Shown piece after piece: positions 43,748 to 53,054 of a DNA stretch of 64,000 bases (positions are counted from its first letter, which is position 1; each line of letters starts with the position of its first letter). Location of the stretch: assembly GCA_963617165.1 (NCBI GenBank), contig CAVEOF010000004.1, forward strand, positions 3,264-67,263. Reading direction: 5' to 3'. The notes beneath the pieces are model-generated. The model was not told where the DNA came from. It did not search any database and was given only the letters and a program-made list of their open reading frames with translations. Source of the DNA: Coriobacteriaceae bacterium (GTDB taxonomy: Bacteria; Bacillota; Clostridia; Oscillospirales; CAG-272). The position numbers were made by a program, and so were the translations under genes.

Positions 43748-43856
43748 TTTCTTTGGGGATTGGTGAAATTCCATACCGGCAGTAAAGTCTGCGAGGCGAT
43801 ATGCCTGACGGGGTGTGACTCCCCGACCGACGGTAAAGTCCGGAAGAGAAAAGAAA
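43748..43856 (+). promoter_or_regulatory. FMN riboswitch (RFN element)
   Basis: TTTCTTTGGGGATTGGTGAAATTCCATACCGGCAGTAAAGTCTGCGAGG...GACCGACGGTAAAGTCCGGAAGAGAAAAGAAA matches the conserved RFN cores (GGTGAAATTCC..ACCGGC.GTA.AGTC.GCGAG and CCGACGGTAAAGTCCGGA). P1 pairs TTTCTTT with AAAGAAA. Located upstream of a riboflavin transporter. Confidence 0.88.
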
Positions 43857-43908
43857 CGGCGCCCGCTCCGCTCGTTTTGCGGGGCGACACCATACTTTTT
43901 GTGAAAAT

Positions 43909-43947
43909 ATCCCCGCGTGCCCGTTTTCGGTGCCGCGGGGATTTTTC
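43909..43947 (+). terminator. Riboswitch expression-platform terminator
   Basis: ATCCCCGCG-loop-CGCGGGGAT followed by TTTTT, 28 nt before the ribU ATG. Confidence 0.7.
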
Positions 43948-43974
43948 TCGGAAACCGCTCGGAAAAGAGGGGTT

Positions 43975-44649
43975 ATGAAAACTTCGAACAGCAAAAACAA
44001 AAACAGAAAGCTCACGGAGACCGCCGTCGGCATCGCGATGTTTGCGGCGCTCGCCTACGGCGTGACCTTCGTCTTTCGGCTTCCCGTGTCCTTTCTGACC
44101 TTTGACGCAAAGGATGCGGTCATCACCGTCGCTTCCTTTGTCTACGGCCCGATCGCGGGGGTCGTCATGTCGCTTCTCACCGCCTTGCTCGAACTTGTCA
44201 CCGTCAGCGGTACGGGTCTTTACGGCTTTGTCATGAACTTCGTCTCCTCGGCAATTTTCGCCGCTACCGCGTCGGGGATCTATCGGCTGTGGCGCAATCC
44301 GCGCGGCGCGGTGCTCGGGCCGATCCTCGCGGTGTTCACCATGACGGACGCCATGCTCCTCATGAACCTGTGGATCACACCGATTTACATGGGGGTCTCG
44401 GGGGAAGAGGTCGCCGCCCTGATCCCCACCCTCTTCTTTCCCTTCAACCTCGCAAAGGGACTGCTGAACGCCGCCCTTGCCATGCTGCTCTATAAGCCCC
44501 TGTCGGTCGCCCTGTCCCGCGCGGGACTCGTCGGACGCGGGGAAGAGAAGAAGTCCTTCTCATGGAACCGCACGACGCTCCTCATCTCCCTCGCCGCCCT
44601 CCTCATGATCGCCGTCGCCGTCACCCTCTTCCTTCTCTTGAAGAAATAA
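43975..44649 (+). CDS. ribU: ECF transporter S component for riboflavin (RibU)
   Basis: ORF 43930..44649. I prefer ATG 43975 (MKTSNSKNKNRKLTETAVGIAMFAAL). About 6 TM. Controlled by the FMN riboswitch. Confidence 0.8.
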   Translation: MKTSNSKNKNRKLTETAVGIAMFAALAYGVTFVFRLPVSFLTFDAKDAVITVASFVYGPIAGVVMSLLTALLELVTVSGTGLYGFVMNFVSSAIFAATASGIYRLWRNPRGAVLGPILAVFTMTDAMLLMNLWITPIYMGVSGEEVAALIPTLFFPFNLAKGLLNAALAMLLYKPLSVALSRAGLVGRGEEKKSFSWNRTTLLISLAALLMIAVAVTLFLLLKK

Positions 44650-44865
44650 AAGAAGAAAAACATGCCGCAAGGAATAAAAAAAGAAGAAAGCCCGAGCGGT
44701 GCCTTCCCGTCGGTCAAAACCGCTTTCGAAAATCGAGAATACAAACATAAAATTATCTCAAAACCGCGCAAAAATCTTCCGAAAGACTATCCGATAAAAC
44801 AAAAAACAAGCTGCCGCAAACAGGTATTTCAAAAACCGAAAAGCGGCAGACCTTTTTGTATATAT

Positions 44866-44969
44866 TTATTTACAATCCATGCTTAAAAATCTTGAAGACC
44901 GGGCGTTTTTGGGCGGGAGAAGATCTCCTCCGGGATGCCCTCCTCGGCGATGAAGAGCGCGCGGACGAT
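44866..44969 (-). pseudogene. Relic 3' end of a second glnQ-like ABC ATPase gene, including its stop and downstream sequence
   Basis: The minus strand translates to IVRALFIAEEGIPEEIFSRPKTPGLQDFLSMDCK*. Compare ...[37 protein letters not shown] at 20950-21056. The nucleotide match continues past the stop (GTAAATAAATATATaCAAAAAGG). No upstream coding sequence remains. Confidence 0.75.
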
Positions 44970-45078
44970 GCCAAAAGAAGAAAGACAATAAAAACAAAAA
45001 TGAGAGGGGAGGAGCTTGAAAGAAATGTATACGAAGCAGTACGGAAGGAAAGAGATAATGTGCCGTAATGAGCCGACA

Positions 45079-45870
45079 TCATTTTTTATTCATATGCGTG
45101 AGGTAAAAAGAATTCCGGTATTCCGAAGGCGTTTTGCCCGTATGGTATTTGAAAAAATGAAGAAAAGTATTGGTATCCGTGAATTCAAGCGAGGCACCGA
45201 TTTCTTTGATTGATAAATTGGTATTTACCAATAGCCCTTTGGCTTTTTCTACTACAAAATCCGTGACGATTTGTTTCATGTTTTTTCCGTATTCTGTTTT
45301 CATAAGACGAGATAAATGATCGACGCTGTAACGAAAATTTCTCGCAATTTCCGTGATCTTGAGCTTGGGAGAAGAGTTGATTCTTACCCATTCAATAATA
45401 TCTTTTGTCAGTTTCTTTTGGTTTTCATCACCGAGCGTCTGCGAATTGTTCATCAGAAGTTGTGTCAGCAGCAATTCCGTCATCACCGAAAAGGCGTTTG
45501 CTTTGTGAGCGCAATGAAGCATTTCTCTGAAGATATAGTCTTGTTTTATTCCCGAAAACAGGAATTTTCCGTTTGTGAGGATTTCCATGTTCTTTATGAA
45601 AAAATGCACCCAATAAAAGGATGTTTTCCCTTCGCTCGCTTTATATCCTTTGTGATTCACACCCGGTTTCAAAATGATCATATCGCCCTTTTCAAGCTCG
45701 TACAGAATGTTATTTTCTTCAATAAAGATCGTGCCGGAAACCACATATATAATTTCGTAGGTGACTTCTGTGATGCTCGGATGGATCCAGCTTGATGTTG
45801 TTTCAAACAGTCCCATGCCGTTAAAACGAATATAATTATCGTTGAAGACTAACATGTCGGATTTTTTCAC
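45079..45870 (-). CDS. AraC family transcriptional regulator (cupin sensor plus HTH)
   Basis: 263 aa. The C-terminal HTH_18 region reads ITEIARNFRYSVDHLSRLMK...IKEIGASLEFTDTNTFLHFFKYHTGKTPSEYR. Visibly AT-richer codon usage than its neighbours. Confidence 0.85.
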   Translation of the reverse strand: MKKSDMLVFNDNYIRFNGMGLFETTSSWIHPSITEVTYEIIYVVSGTIFIEENNILYELEKGDMIILKPGVNHKGYKASEGKTSFYWVHFFIKNMEILTNGKFLFSGIKQDYIFREMLHCAHKANAFSVMTELLLTQLLMNNSQTLGDENQKKLTKDIIEWVRINSSPKLKITEIARNFRYSVDHLSRLMKTEYGKNMKQIVTDFVVEKAKGLLVNTNLSIKEIGASLEFTDTNTFLHFFKYHTGKTPSEYRNSFYLTHMNKK

Positions 45871-45956
45871 CTCTTATCGATAAATTGCATTGCAATTCCT
45901 TATGTTTGATTATATAATAAAACTATCGAAATTGCAATAAACAAGGAGAAACTCGA

Positions 45957-47756
45957 ATGAAAAATATCAGTTATCGCAATGTGGACATTACCGGCGGTTT
46001 TTGGAAACGGAAGCAGGAAACAAATCGAAAAATCACAGCAAAAGCGATTTATGATCGCTTTTATGACACGGGGAGAATTGCCGCCTTTCGGATGGATTGG
46101 AAGGAAGGAGATCCGAATCGCCCTCATATTTTTTGGGATTCCGACATTGCAAAATGGATAGAAGGTACCGCTGCCATTCTCGACAAAGAAAATATCGGCG
46201 AATTCGAAGAAAAGATTGAATGGCTGATTGACAGAATTGAAGAAAACCAACGGTCTGACGGTTATTTTAATATTTATTTTATCCTTTTCGGAGAAGACAA
46301 GCGCTTTACGGACAGAAGCTGTCACGAGCTTTACTGCCTCGGTCACTTGATTGAAGCGGCGGTAGAATATTATCTCGTAACCGGCAGGAAAAGATTCCTG
46401 AATTTGATGAAAAAATACGTAGATCTGGTATATGACGTTTTTTATGTACATGACAGTGCCGGATTTTCTACCCCGGGTCATGAAGAAATAGAGCTTGCAT
46501 TATTGAAGCTCTATCGGATAACCAAAGACAAAAAAGACTTGGATCTCGCCATGTATTTTATCGATAAACGCGGAAACAATCGGAAAGACAAGACACACAG
46601 CGACCGATTCTTTATGAATTACGGGCAGTCCCATCTCCCTGTTCGAAAACAGGTTACGGCCGAAGGACATGCCGTGAGAGCGTTGTACCTATTTACGGCA
46701 ATGGCAGACGCGGCGATAGAAACGGGAGATCCGACACTTAGGACTGCTTGTGAAAAACTGTTCGATAATATTACGGGAAAAAGAATGTATATCACGGGCG
46801 GCATCGGACAGACGCATAACGGCGAGGCGTTTTCGATCGACTATTTTCTTCCGAATGAGACCGCTTATACCGAAACCTGCGCGTCGATTGCTATGGTTTT
46901 CTTCTGCCAAAGAATGTTGGAACTGACGGGAAATTCAAAATATGCCGATATCATAGAGAAGGAAATTTATAACGGCGCAATTTCGGGGGTCTCTTTGGAC
47001 GGCAGGAAATTCTTCTATACGAATCCCCTGTCGATTCATATCGATAATCGCAACAAAGAGCAAAGCACCGATCTTCGGGATTGGTTCCCGTCGACGCAAA
47101 GGGCGGAAGTCTTTAACTGCTCTTGTTGCCCGCCTAACCTTCTTCGTTTCATAGCCATGATTGGGGACAATATTTACGGTGTAGACGATGACGTGTATTA
47201 TGTCCATCAATTTATCGACAGCAAAACCGACAAAATATCCGTAACTACGGATTTTCCCAACAGCTCCGCCGTTGAAATATGTACCGATGCAAAAGAACTC
47301 CGTGTCAGAATACCTGCGTGGTGTAGCAATTTTTCATGTAATCGGCAGTATACCATCGAAGAGGGGTATGCTGTTATCACCGACACGACAGGAAAAATAG
47401 AGATCAACCTGAATATGACCCCCGTACTCATGGAGGCAAATGCGTTGGTCGATGATGACGCAGGCAGGGTAGCCCTCATGTATGGTCCGTTGGTCTATTG
47501 CATGGAAGGGGTAGATCATAAAGAAAAGCTCTCACGGCTTTTCATTCACGGCGATTTGAATATACGCTCCGAGTTTAATGAATGCTTCGGCGTCAGCACA
47601 TTGAGCGCAGCAGGCTTCAAAAAGACAAATCACGATCTTTACGGAAGATATACCCGGACAAATTTTGAAAAAACCACACTGAAATTCATTCCTTATTTCG
47701 GATTTGCCAATCGGGGGGAGAGTGATATGGAGGTTTGGGTAAAGGTAAAATCATAG
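45957..47756 (+). CDS. Glycoside hydrolase family 127 (beta-L-arabinofuranosidase, DUF1680/HypBA1-like)
   Basis: 599 aa. N-terminal ITGGFWKRKQETN, and the Cys-rich Zn/catalytic motif FNCSCCPPNLLRF. AT-richer than the flanks. Confidence 0.85.
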   Translation: MKNISYRNVDITGGFWKRKQETNRKITAKAIYDRFYDTGRIAAFRMDWKEGDPNRPHIFWDSDIAKWIEGTAAILDKENIGEFEEKIEWLIDRIEENQRSDGYFNIYFILFGEDKRFTDRSCHELYCLGHLIEAAVEYYLVTGRKRFLNLMKKYVDLVYDVFYVHDSAGFSTPGHEEIELALLKLYRITKDKKDLDLAMYFIDKRGNNRKDKTHSDRFFMNYGQSHLPVRKQVTAEGHAVRALYLFTAMADAAIETGDPTLRTACEKLFDNITGKRMYITGGIGQTHNGEAFSIDYFLPNETAYTETCASIAMVFFCQRMLELTGNSKYADIIEKEIYNGAISGVSLDGRKFFYTNPLSIHIDNRNKEQSTDLRDWFPSTQRAEVFNCSCCPPNLLRFIAMIGDNIYGVDDDVYYVHQFIDSKTDKISVTTDFPNSSAVEICTDAKELRVRIPAWCSNFSCNRQYTIEEGYAVITDTTGKIEINLNMTPVLMEANALVDDDAGRVALMYGPLVYCMEGVDHKEKLSRLFIHGDLNIRSEFNECFGVSTLSAAGFKKTNHDLYGRYTRTNFEKTTLKFIPYFGFANRGESDMEVWVKVKS

Positions 47757-47847
47757 GCTTTTGCCAAGCATCGAGATAGAGAAAAAGCAATGGAATACAG
47801 TTCTCGCAAAGGGAAAAACAAAAATAAGGCGCAAAAATATTTCTTCC

Positions 47848-48198
47848 TTAATTCTCGATCTGTCCCGCCGTCAGCCGTATGAGCAGCTCGGTATCGTCGG
47901 GCTGGACCTTCGCCTCGTGTGCCGCGCGGTTGCGGACGACGGCGCCGCACTTGTCACAGCGCTGGATCACGATAAAGCCCTTCTTTGCATCGGGCACGGC
48001 GCCGATCGGACGGAGCACACCGTGGCAGGGATTTGCCCGATCCCCGGGGAGAATGTCCACGTGCAAAGAACAAAGGCAGAACGGGCAGTGGTTGCGTGAG
48101 GTGTACCCGAGGGGAAGCACCTTCTTCCCGCAATTCACACAGACAAACCCGTCGTCCTTTTTTTGAAATCGTTTGGTTTCCATAGCGTTTTCTCGCAT
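47848..48198 (-). CDS. RNHCP domain protein (zinc-ribbon-like)
   Basis: 116 aa containing the literal SRNHCPFCLCSLHVD motif plus CVNCG and CDKCG pairs. The start could instead be ATG 48183. Confidence 0.65.
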   Translation of the reverse strand: MRENAMETKRFQKKDDGFVCVNCGKKVLPLGYTSRNHCPFCLCSLHVDILPGDRANPCHGVLRPIGAVPDAKKGFIVIQRCDKCGAVVRNRAAHEAKVQPDDTELLIRLTAGQIEN

Positions 48199-48213
48199 TT
48201 TGTAAAGAATAGT

Positions 48214-49599
48214 TTATTTTCCGACGCAAAAACGTGAGAAAATGTCCTGCACGATCTCCTCGGTGACGTTCTTTCCCGTTAGCTCGGAAAGATAGGAGAG
48301 CGCCACCTCGATGTCGGTCGACGCCGCATCGGTCGGAATCCCCGCACGGTATGCCGCGAGCGAAAGGTCAAGATGCCGTCCCACCTCGGCAAGCGTCGTG
48401 TACTGCCGCGCCGAGAAGAGGATCGGATCCTCCGAAAGACGCAGGGCACCGTCGGTAAAAAGACGGTCGACCGTCTCGGTAAGATGCGTAAGCTCTCCCG
48501 CCTTGCAGGAGAAGGGGATCGCTTCGGGGAAGTGGGCAGAGAGCACGGAGGGGTCGAATGCCTGTCCGAGGTCGCATTTGTTGAGAAGCGGAATGACCGT
48601 CCCGTGCGCCGCACGCACGGCGTCGATGAGCGCCTCGTCCTCCGCGTCGAGAGGGCGGGACGCGTCCAGCATGAGAAAGATGACGTCCGCCGTCGCGAGC
48701 CGCTCCCGTGAGCGTCCCACGCCGATGCTTTCCACGGGGTCGTCCGTCTCACGGATGCCTGCCGTGTCGCAAAGGCGGAGCAGGACCCGCCCGAGCGGAA
48801 CCGTCCGTTCGAGCACGTCGCGGGTCGTTCCCGGAATATCGGTGACGATCGCGGCATCCTCTCCGAGCAGGAGATTGTAAAGGGAGCTTTTTCCGACGTT
48901 CGGCTTTCCGACAATGACGGCGGAGATCCCCTCGGTGACCGCGCGCCCCGTTTTGTAGGTCGCGAGAAGGGAATTCACCCGCGCGAGAATGTCGGAAATG
49001 CGCTCGGCGCTCTCCTCGTCGGTGAATTCGCCGAGGTCTTCCTCGGGATAGTCGATGCGGGCAAAGATCGAGGAAAGCAGATGCGTCAGCTCGCCCTCTA
49101 TGTCGAGAAGCGCGGAGGAGAGCCGTCCGCGCGCCCCGCGTTCGGTCAGGGTCAGCTGTGCCTCGCTTTTTGCATCGAGGAGAAGCCCGATGGCTTCCGC
49201 CTCGGTCAGCGAGAGCTTTCCGTTTAAGAATGCGCGGCGGGTGAATTCTCCCGCGGGTGCGGGCGCCGCTCCCGCTTCAAGAAATGCCTCGAGCACCGTG
49301 CGGGTGAGCAGGACGCCTCCGTGACAGGTCACCTCGACCGTGTCCTCGCCCGTGTAGGAGTGCGGCGCCGCAAAGCGGGTCGCCATCCCGTCGTCGATCG
49401 GCTCGCCCTCCCGCAGAATTCTGCCGTAGACCTGCTGTCTGACGGGCGCCTCCGAAAGGGGTCTTTTGTTCATCGGAAAAAACACGCGGTCGGCGATCTC
49501 AAAGGCGTCCTCCCCCGACAGGCGAAGAAGAGCGACCCCGCCCTTTCCGGGCGGGGTCGAGATTGCGATGACCGCGCGGTGGGGGTCATTCTTCATCAT
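48214..49599 (-). CDS. mnmE: tRNA uridine-5-carboxymethylaminomethyl modification GTPase MnmE
   Basis: 461 aa. GKPNVGKSSL, DTAGIR and NKCD G-motifs. C-terminal FCVGK. Confidence 0.92.
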   Translation of the reverse strand: MMKNDPHRAVIAISTPPGKGGVALLRLSGEDAFEIADRVFFPMNKRPLSEAPVRQQVYGRILREGEPIDDGMATRFAAPHSYTGEDTVEVTCHGGVLLTRTVLEAFLEAGAAPAPAGEFTRRAFLNGKLSLTEAEAIGLLLDAKSEAQLTLTERGARGRLSSALLDIEGELTHLLSSIFARIDYPEEDLGEFTDEESAERISDILARVNSLLATYKTGRAVTEGISAVIVGKPNVGKSSLYNLLLGEDAAIVTDIPGTTRDVLERTVPLGRVLLRLCDTAGIRETDDPVESIGVGRSRERLATADVIFLMLDASRPLDAEDEALIDAVRAAHGTVIPLLNKCDLGQAFDPSVLSAHFPEAIPFSCKAGELTHLTETVDRLFTDGALRLSEDPILFSARQYTTLAEVGRHLDLSLAAYRAGIPTDAASTDIEVALSYLSELTGKNVTEEIVQDIFSRFCVGK

Positions 49600-50785
49600 T
49601 CTTTTCGGGTTCCGCGGCTTCTGCGACCGGTGCTTCGACGACTTCCTCGTCCGTCGCTTCGGTAACGGTAGCTTCCGCTTCCGTCGCTTCGGCAGGTGCT
49701 ACCTCGTCCGAAAGCTCGGGAGAGAGGGTCACGGTGTCGACGCCGACCACGATGGCAGGCTCGTTTACCGCTTCCTCGGGGGTCTCGGCGACGGGGAAGG
49801 GCGCCTTGACGCGGGGCTTCAGCTCGCTCGTCACATCGTCCTCGTCCCGCTTAAACTCGGTGGCGAGAGGAGTGACCTCGACGGGCTCATCCTCACCGAA
49901 GAGCTCCTTCGGCTTCTTGTCGGTCAGGTAAATGACGATCTTACGGTTGTTGTCCGAGCCGATGGAGTTTGTGGAAACACCCTCGATGCTCTGAACCTCC
50001 GAGTGGATGATGCGTCTTTCGTAAGGCGTCATCGGCTCGAGCATGACACTGCGCTTGTTGCGGAGTGCCTTCGCCGCCATGCGACGGGCGAGCGCGCGGA
50101 GCGCTTCCTCTCTCTTTGCACGGTAGCCCTCGATGTCGAGCGTCACACGGCTCTTGATCTTTTCGCCGTTGACATTCTTCTGCGCGGAGGCAAGGTTGGC
50201 AAGATACTGCACCGCGTCGAGCGTGTCGCCGTGGTGACCGATCAGGGCGGAGGCATCCTCGCCCGTCACCGTGATGCGGCGGGTGCCGTCGTCGCAGGAG
50301 TAAAGCTCCGCGGTGGCATCCAGTCCGAGATTCTTAAGCAGGGTCTTGACGAATTCGAGAGACAGATCCTCTCCCTCGGCGACCTCGAGCTTTTCGAATT
50401 TCAGCTCGGCTTCGGGAATGACGGCGCTGTTCGGCTTTTCTGCCTTCGGCGCGGCGTCGGGCTTGCGGCGCTCGGGCTTTGCCGCCGCGGGCTTTTTCTC
50501 ACCCTCGGGGCGGCGAGGCTTCTCGGTGCGCTCGGGTCTTTCGGCGCGCTCCTTTCTCTCGGGGCGCTCTCTTCTGTCGCGACGCTTCGGCTCCTCTCTG
50601 TCGGGGACCTCCATCGACGCCTTGACCTGTGCCTGCTTGACACCGATGATGCCGAAGATGCCGCGGCTTCCCGCGTGGAGGACTTCAAACGTTACGTCGT
50701 CGAGAGGACCCGCACCGAGTGCGGCTCTCGCATTTTCTTTCGCTTCGGCAACGTCTTTGCCGAATGCAGTGATTTCCTTTATCAT
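49586..50785 (-). CDS. jag: Jag/KhpB RNA-binding protein (Jag_N, KH, R3H) with expanded charged linker and acidic tail
   Basis: 399 aa. N-terminal MIKEITAFGKDVAEAKENA, KH-like GHHGDTLDAVQYL and R3H YERRIIHSEV. Located downstream of yidC. Confidence 0.85.
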   Translation of the reverse strand: MIKEITAFGKDVAEAKENARAALGAGPLDDVTFEVLHAGSRGIFGIIGVKQAQVKASMEVPDREEPKRRDRRERPERKERAERPERTEKPRRPEGEKKPAAAKPERRKPDAAPKAEKPNSAVIPEAELKFEKLEVAEGEDLSLEFVKTLLKNLGLDATAELYSCDDGTRRITVTGEDASALIGHHGDTLDAVQYLANLASAQKNVNGEKIKSRVTLDIEGYRAKREEALRALARRMAAKALRNKRSVMLEPMTPYERRIIHSEVQSIEGVSTNSIGSDNNRKIVIYLTDKKPKELFGEDEPVEVTPLATEFKRDEDDVTSELKPRVKAPFPVAETPEEAVNEPAIVVGVDTVTLSPELSDEVAPAEATEAEATVTEATDEEVVEAPVAEAAEPEKNDEE

Positions 50786-50818
50786 AATAGTGACTGCCTT
50801 TCCGATATCCTATGCGGA

Positions 50819-51955
50819 TTATTTCTTTTTCTTATTGTTGTTTTTATTGCCGGAGTTTTTGTTCCCGGGATTGCCGCTTGTCCGATTCGCGGAGCCTTGG
50901 GCATTGCCCGTCGCCGTGTCCTTCGGCGCGGAGACCTCGAGTCCGCCCGCGGTCTTTTTCGTTTCCTCGGGCTTCTTGATCTCGGGGAGCTCGTCGTAGT
51001 CATCGTCATCGATATAATGAAGCGACTTGACCTTCGGCTGTTCCCGCATAGCGGCTCTCTGTGCGGCGGCGCGCTCCTTTTCGAGCTTCGCCATCTCCTT
51101 GAGTTCCTCCTCCGTATAGGTCGGAAGGGGCATCAGCTTCGAGAGGATGAACTGCTGAAGAATCGAGATGATGGACTGATAGATCCAGTAAAGCCCCAGC
51201 ATACCCGAGAAGCTAAACGCGAAGAAGAGGGTCATGAGAGGAAAGATGAGATCCATCATACGGAGGGACATCTGCGACTGCGCGTCGGTTCCCGCGGGTT
51301 GCATGTTCCCGTTCATCTTCTTCATGAGGAACATCGAGAGCCACTGGAAGGCGGCGGCAAGAATCGGGATGAGCACGAGGATCGTGATGGGGTTAAAGCT
51401 CGGGGTCGCGGCAAGATTGACGCCGAACAGATTGAAATTCGGGATGAGGTCGACGTTCAGTCCCGTCTCCGCGACGGCGGCGGCACCGTTGGTCTTGATA
51501 TAGCCGTTGACCGCATCGACGAGCGCGATCTCGTCGGAACCCGTGTAGCCGACAAGAGTCTTGACCTTCTCGATGACATCGCTGCCTGCCTTACAGATAT
51601 AGCTGATGGGACTGCGGATGACGTTGTAAAGAAAAATAATGATGGGGAATTGGATCAGCATGGGCAGACAGCCGGAAAGCATACTGTAGCCTTCCTTCTG
51701 TTGGAGCTCCATGATCTCCTGCTGTTTCTTTTGCAGGGTAACTCTGTCGTTTCTTCCCGCATATTTTTTTTCGATCTTTGCGATTTTCGGGCGAAGCTTC
51801 GCCATGAGGACTTGGTTTTTCTGCGTCTTGATGCCGAAGGGCAAAAAGATGATCTTGAAGAGAAGCGCGAAGAGCAAGAGCGCGAGCGCGTAGCTGCCCG
51901 TCACACTGTTGAACCATGAGAGTATGGTTCCGAAAAACCCGTAAATATAACTCAT
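50819..51955 (-). CDS. yidC: Membrane protein insertase YidC/Oxa1 family
   Basis: ORF 50819..52075. I prefer ATG 51955 (MSYIYGFFGTILSWF), forming an ATGA overlap with the yidD stop. PLMTLFFAFSFSGMLGLYW. Lys/Asn-rich tail. Confidence 0.88.
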   Translation of the reverse strand: MSYIYGFFGTILSWFNSVTGSYALALLLFALLFKIIFLPFGIKTQKNQVLMAKLRPKIAKIEKKYAGRNDRVTLQKKQQEIMELQQKEGYSMLSGCLPMLIQFPIIIFLYNVIRSPISYICKAGSDVIEKVKTLVGYTGSDEIALVDAVNGYIKTNGAAAVAETGLNVDLIPNFNLFGVNLAATPSFNPITILVLIPILAAAFQWLSMFLMKKMNGNMQPAGTDAQSQMSLRMMDLIFPLMTLFFAFSFSGMLGLYWIYQSIISILQQFILSKLMPLPTYTEEELKEMAKLEKERAAAQRAAMREQPKVKSLHYIDDDDYDELPEIKKPEETKKTAGGLEVSAPKDTATGNAQGSANRTSGNPGNKNSGNKNNNKKKK

Positions 51956-52254
51956 TCGTTTGTTTCCTTTTCTGTTACTTCGGGAGAGGGAGTGTCGGTG
52001 TGTTCCTCCGCCTTTATCCTGTTTTCGGGATTTCTGAAGCCGTGCTCGGGTACGGGGTCGTAACCGCCCTTGCAAAAGGGGTTACAACGTAAGATCCGCC
52101 ACACGGTAAGGAGAAGTCCCATCCAAAAGCCACGTTTTTCAAACGCCTCGAGGGCGTAGGCAGAGCAGGTCGGCGTAAACCTGCAACAGGGCGGTTTGTA
52201 GGGGGAGACATGTTTCTGATACCATCGGACGATGGCGATCATGACGCGCTTCAT
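51952..52254 (-). CDS. yidD: Membrane protein insertion efficiency factor YidD
   Basis: 100 aa. CRFTPTCSAYALEA and RCNPFCKGGYDPVP motifs. C-terminal extension of about 25 aa. Confidence 0.85.
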   Translation of the reverse strand: MKRVMIAIVRWYQKHVSPYKPPCCRFTPTCSAYALEAFEKRGFWMGLLLTVWRILRCNPFCKGGYDPVPEHGFRNPENRIKAEEHTDTPSPEVTEKETNE

Positions 52255-52625
52255 TTGAACATACCGAGTTTTTCAAAAGCGATCTCGAGCTCACGGCGGA
52301 TCTCGGTGCTCTTTTTCGGCAGGGCGGCGGCGCGCGCCGCAATGACGATGAGAAAGCCCGTCTTCATCGGCCGCTCTTTCATGAGCGTGCGGAGTCCCTC
52401 GCGCAGAATTCTGCGGGTGCGGGAACGGACGACGGCGCCTCCGAGCTTTTTAGAGACGGTCAGACCGATGCGGTTCACCGTTCGTTTTTCGGGATGTGCC
52501 TTTGCGAGTCGTTTCGCGGCGTAATCGGGTAAGAGATAGACCGCGACGGAGGGCATGACTGCCCGTTTGCCTTTGGCATACGCTTTTTGATACAGATGGT
52601 TTTCCCGTATGGCTCTGAATTTCAT
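52251..52625 (-). CDS. rnpA: Ribonuclease P protein component
   Basis: 124 aa, basic. RIGLTVSKKLGGAVVRSRTRRILRE. Located downstream of rpmH. Confidence 0.88.
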   Translation of the reverse strand: MKFRAIRENHLYQKAYAKGKRAVMPSVAVYLLPDYAAKRLAKAHPEKRTVNRIGLTVSKKLGGAVVRSRTRRILREGLRTLMKERPMKTGFLIVIAARAAALPKKSTEIRRELEIAFEKLGMFK

Positions 52626-52783
52626 GATGCGACCTCCCCGCGTGTCGCGGGCACTTTCTTTCTTCGGAATTTTCGGACGCTTCGGCAGAGCGGTCTTCGG
52701 GTATCTAACAAAAACCCCGATAAAGGGTATCTGCGGTGCAGTCCCGGTTTATCGGAGGTTTTGTGGGTCACACTGCGTGACGA

Positions 52784-52918
52784 TCAATAAGTGAGACGGG
52801 CTCTTCCTTTGGCGCGTCTTCTTTTCAGAACTTTTCTGCCGTTCGCGGTTGCCATTCTTTTTCTGAAACCGTGTTCCTTGTTTCTCTGTCTTTTCTTGGG
52901 CTGATAGGTTCTCTTCAT
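52784..52918 (-). CDS. rpmH: 50S ribosomal protein L34
   Basis: My translation in the correct frame: [44 protein letters not shown]. The 65-aa ORF in the track (52749..52946) is a different frame. AAGGAGG upstream. Confidence 0.92.
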   Translation of the reverse strand: MKRTYQPKKRQRNKEHGFRKRMATANGRKVLKRRRAKGRARLTY

Positions 52919-52976
52919 GCTTCGGCACCTCCTTTACAATGAACATAAGTTGCGTATTTGCACAAAAGCAAGGTTT

Positions 52977-53005
52977 ATTATATCTTATTTTTTTCTGTTT
53001 GTCAA
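52977..53005 (-). promoter_or_regulatory. Consensus promoter TTGACA-17-TATAAT for rpmH-rnpA
   Basis: The minus strand reads TTGACAaacagaaaaaaataagaTATAAT. Confidence 0.75.
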
Positions 53006-53054
53006 GAGATTTTTCAAATTTCTTTCTTTTCGACGAGAAAAGCGTCGGTTTGTA

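Noticed and set aside
49466-51919. 817-aa plus-strand ORF
   Set aside because: It is antisense to mnmE, jag and yidC, all of which have clear family motifs and conserved order.
52749-52946. 65-aa ORF listed in the track at the rpmH position
   Set aside because: It is the wrong frame. The neighbouring frame encodes a canonical 44-aa L34 ([22 protein letters not shown]...).
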